From Marsupella aquatica (lineage: Eukaryota > Plantae > Marchantiophyta): DNA of 64,000 nucleotides. The notes under the pieces were generated by a model. That model was not told where the DNA came from, searched no databases, and saw only the letters and a list, made by a program, of their open reading frames with translations. This document shows, piece by piece, positions 60,301-64,000 of this stretch. Both the position numbers and the translations under genes were made by a program. Position 1 is the first letter of the stretch. Every line of letters begins with the position of its first letter. The stretch spans positions 5,230,510 to 5,294,509 of the forward strand of contig OZ316892.1 in NCBI GenBank assembly GCA_973895155.1. Reading direction: 5' to 3'.

Positions 60301-62505
60301 AAAATTAATCGAGTAAAGTTAGATTAGACACATTTTTTGCATCTTCACACTACACGACATTGATCACCCTGGCAAAAAGCTTACAAGATTAGATTGGACT
60401 GAAAGGCTCTGTTGATGGTACATGTTAAGGTACATGGAGCGGATACAGCTCCCCCAAAATTCTCTCTCCCTCTCTCTCCCTCTCTCTGTCTCTTCTTTTC
60501 TTGGGATTTGTTTCCTGAAGGGTTGACTGGTTGGGATGATTAGTCGGTGGTGCACATGGGCCCAAGGCCAAGGGCGAAATAGCGCAATGGTACTGTAGTT
60601 AGATGAGACACCCCACATAATTTTCAAGGCTTTTTACAACCGCCTCCGCTAGGAGGCTAACACTAAGAGGCAAAAAGAATGGATACGTTGCTGCTTTCTT
60701 TCTGTACCCTGTATTCTGAAGTGGAGGACATTCTTTGCACATGGCACGGGAGGCTGTTGGTTTATTGGAGACAACGAAAAGTGGGAGACAAATAACAGCC
60801 AAGGAGCGTGATCTGATGGTCGCATAGTCTTGATCCCCTTTCACGATTTAAAACGAATTTAAAGAGAGTGATCATGAGCAAGGCTTGTACTCAACTGCAC
60901 AACTAGTGCTAGCTTCTCTTTATTTACATACATCTCAGGCCATCTAACTATATAACGACGATGAAAAGCACCTTTTCCAAGGCCTACCATCTAGAGTGAA
61001 GACCCTCACTTTGGGGGCACAACTGAAGTTGGGGGTGTGAGTCGCAAGTGGGCAGACAAAGTGAGCCTGGGGTCTGAGGAAAGTGGCTCAGGGGCTTGAA
61101 TGTCCGCACCTCCACTTACAATCAAAAAACGTGCACTCAGGCTGCTAAACAATTATGACAAATGCTTTGGAGAATGATCTGGACCAAACCTTCCGCTCCA
61201 GTCCACATTTGGTTCTACTACCATAAACAATTCTGAGCAGTGACTTCCCAGAAGGATGACGAGCAAAACTTCCACTCTATTGCAGTCACCGCTATAGACA
61301 GTGTGAGTCACTTGTCAAAAACAGAAAAGAACCTACACTATTATGCACATTTAGTTCTAAGACCATAATCATTCTCACAAGTGAAAGGGACTCACTATGG
61401 CAGATGGTGTTCCTCTTTTGCCCTAGTAAGTTAATGAGGAATTAAACTCTCACCCTCACTACCATAGTGGTTTATACTCAAGAAGCCATAAATACCATTT
61501 CAGCTCTTGGAGGCTTAAAATTCTAACAAACCTTAGTGCTGAAAAGGAAGCCATCTACAGAATGGAAGCTACATCTCTGAAAAATTGTGCATCATGCTTG
61601 TCTTTGGTTAATTGTTATCCAGAATCATATTTAGAAAACATCAACCAGGAAACCACCTTAGTTCACCTTCCCTAAGAATTTAGCAAAGAAGTGTGTTATT
61701 CTGGGTTAGCCATAGAGTAAAAGTCAATTTAAAAAGAAAGTCCACTTGCAAGTGAAACTGGGACAAGATAAGCCTTTATGGAAATACTGAGACAACACAC
61801 AAAGTGTAAGAACGAATGTGTGGGACAAGAATGATGGTGTAAGAGTGATTGAGGAAAGAAAAGGCGATTGAGTCAGCACTACACTTAGACCAACAAATGG
61901 GACAATAAAGCTTCTATGGACAATACAAGACAGAAAAGGGCTTATCTGGATCACGTTAGGGTCCTAACTTCGAGTTTTGAGAGATTGGCACAGTTTCCAT
62001 TACCTCATGTGCCCCTCTCATGTGCCCCCCTCATGTGCCCGTCCATGTGTCTCGTGACAAGGGGAATGTCTCACTTGGCAGCAGCCCCAAAGTACAGTCA
62101 TGTGAGTAAAGTGCACTTTTTCTGAGTCTTAAATTTTCTCTCATAGTTCGATCTCACCTGGTCGGCTGATCTTGTGACTTTGGGCTGTAGAGTACTTGAT
62201 CCATTCATTCTTGATGAGTAGGTTATAGAGTCTATTTCCCCTCCGCCCCAACAAAAAAGGGGACAAACCTCAATCATGGAGCTCTTAACCATGACTCTGA
62301 CCAAAGAGGTTTGGTCACAAAAGTTTAACCATTATAAATATACACTCTTTAGTTTTACTAGCCCGATTATCCATTCCTTGAACTTCAACAGATATGAACA
62401 GAAACAAATCTTGCACAATAATATTTTTATATTATTTCATTAATCTTCATTTTAAATGTTCTTTAATTGAGATTCATGATCACTTTTGTCTGTATTGGGA
62501 TTAAG

Positions 62506-62610
62506 GTTTAGAGGTTTCACTCTAGACCCTAGGCCTTTAAGAGTAGACTTAGTTTGTAGTGGGGTTATGGTCTAGAGGTTTCACTCTAGACCCTAGGCCC
62601 TTAAGAGTAA
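62506..62610. repeat. duplicated hairpin-containing unit
   Basis: GGT(C/T)TAGAGGTTTCACTCTAGACCCTAGGCC.TTAAGAGTA occurs twice; a related copy lies at 45116-45155. Confidence 0.75.
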
Positions 62611-64000
62611 ACTTTGTTCTTTATAGTAAAATATTGTGAAAAATAGTATACACCGAATCATATGCAGAGAAAGAGTATGCCCAAAAAAACTATTTGGAGG
62701 CATTTTTGGGCCCCCGCCACAAAGCTGAAATGTTCAGCCAAAAAGCTCAAACCACAAATTCTGATAAGTGCTTCTACCTTGCTTTCCATCTGTAGTTATT
62801 CCGGACTGCCCCCTCTTTAAGCCATAAATTGCTAAACGCCAAAGCTCAATTCATAATTTAACTGCCATCCTTGCTAATATTTTTTCTTTGAAAATAAGTT
62901 CTTATTCACCAACAAATACCTAGGTAATGAGATAACAAGGTGGTCCACAAGGAGGTAAAGAGCCTCCAATCCCTAGTCCCAGAGGGTGGCAGCAAGGGGA
63001 GGCATCCTTTAATCCTTGTTTTGCTCTTGTTCAAACTGATTTTGTTCAAACCCTTTGGACTTGCATAACTTAAAGGTTACGAGACAAGGTTTGAAATTGT
63101 GTTTGGCTTGTCACAATTCACATAATCAGTTTTCTAGTTTTTAGGGACACTCTGGTTTCCAAGCTTCTCATATTTAGGAACAACCCTGTTTTCCTTTATG
63201 CCACTGGAAGTAAAGCAAGTAAAAATGGTCTCCCTTACTTGGAGGGATTCCTCCATGTACCACTTTAGACTCTCTCCTAGGGAATTGGTTCTCTCAATTC
63301 TCTATTTGACTCTTTTTTGCTGGCAGTAATGCGTCCCTTTAGTGAGACTTTTGTTCCATTTTGCTTTACCGTCATAAAGCTGGGTTCCCACCAGCCATAT
63401 TATAAGTTGGGTGCGGTTTCCCTTTTCCAAAAACAAAACAGAATGTTACTTTCTGGTGGTCAAAACTTGGAATTGTAGCCTCCTTGGGTCGTGCATTTAT
63501 GGCTGGCTAGCATAGTGCTGGGCAAAAGCTTCTTTAATTATAAAGAGAATAAGCTTGTAACTTTAACCTTTCGGGATTTCAGGGAGTAAAGTTTCTGTGG
63601 CCGTCAACAAATCTCTTAAGAAAGGAAAACACTCGACGTTGAATTTTTTTTGTCAGTCAATCTTAGCCAAAAGAAAACTCAGCCGTAAGTTGCATGGCTT
63701 TCAAGGTTTTGCTTTCCTACTCCCACCAAAAAACAAAAAGAAGGAAAGAAGGTAAACAAACAAACTTCCGTAAACCCATCATTAAAAAAAGTGTACAGCT
63801 TTGATTATCCGGGGTGGTTCCATTGAGGGAGCTCCATATTTACTCGGTTGTTTCCTTGGTTGTGTTCTCTTTGTAAATATAGGGTTTTTATGCCCAAGTG
63901 ACAGATCCAGTTGTGCAGCACTATCATTAAGGCATGGTTTCCTTTTTGTTAAAAAAAAAACAACGAACTTTGATGCAAATAGTTCAATCCTCTTCTTCTC

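Noticed and set aside
59000-64000. Short ORFs in the last 5 kb
   Set aside because: No motifs; probably intergenic or old repeat debris.

Overview
Land-plant nuclear DNA that is rich in transposons. The window holds five main things. (1) A decayed Ty1/copia element (gag-pol 1514-5642, 3' LTR 5850-6181; the 5' LTR is not recognisable in the window). (2) A three-exon alpha-expansin gene (about 11560-13858). (3) A 22.1-kb Mutator-like element (MULE, 19644-41755) with about 337-bp TIRs and a perfect 10-bp TSD. It carries a disabled transposase, a convergent multi-exon gene, and a disabled ORF with an RNase H1/viroplasmin hybrid-binding domain. (4) Nested in the MULE, an apparently intact 9.8-kb CACTA element (23359-33149, TSD ACC). 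(5) An intronless NIF/SCP-type (DLDET) phosphatase ORF (45491-46246). There are also three 3'-end fragments of one RLE-type non-LTR family and many tandem duplications. The most striking observation is in the CACTA element: a complete SET-domain exon lies in the first intron of the transposase gene. The shared first exon can splice in frame either to this exon (349 aa) or to the transposase exons (1139 aa). This suggests a transposon encoding its own putative lysine methyltransferase, with dense TTGCGAA motif clusters as candidate docking sites. Family assignments come from motifs read by eye; no database searches were run.
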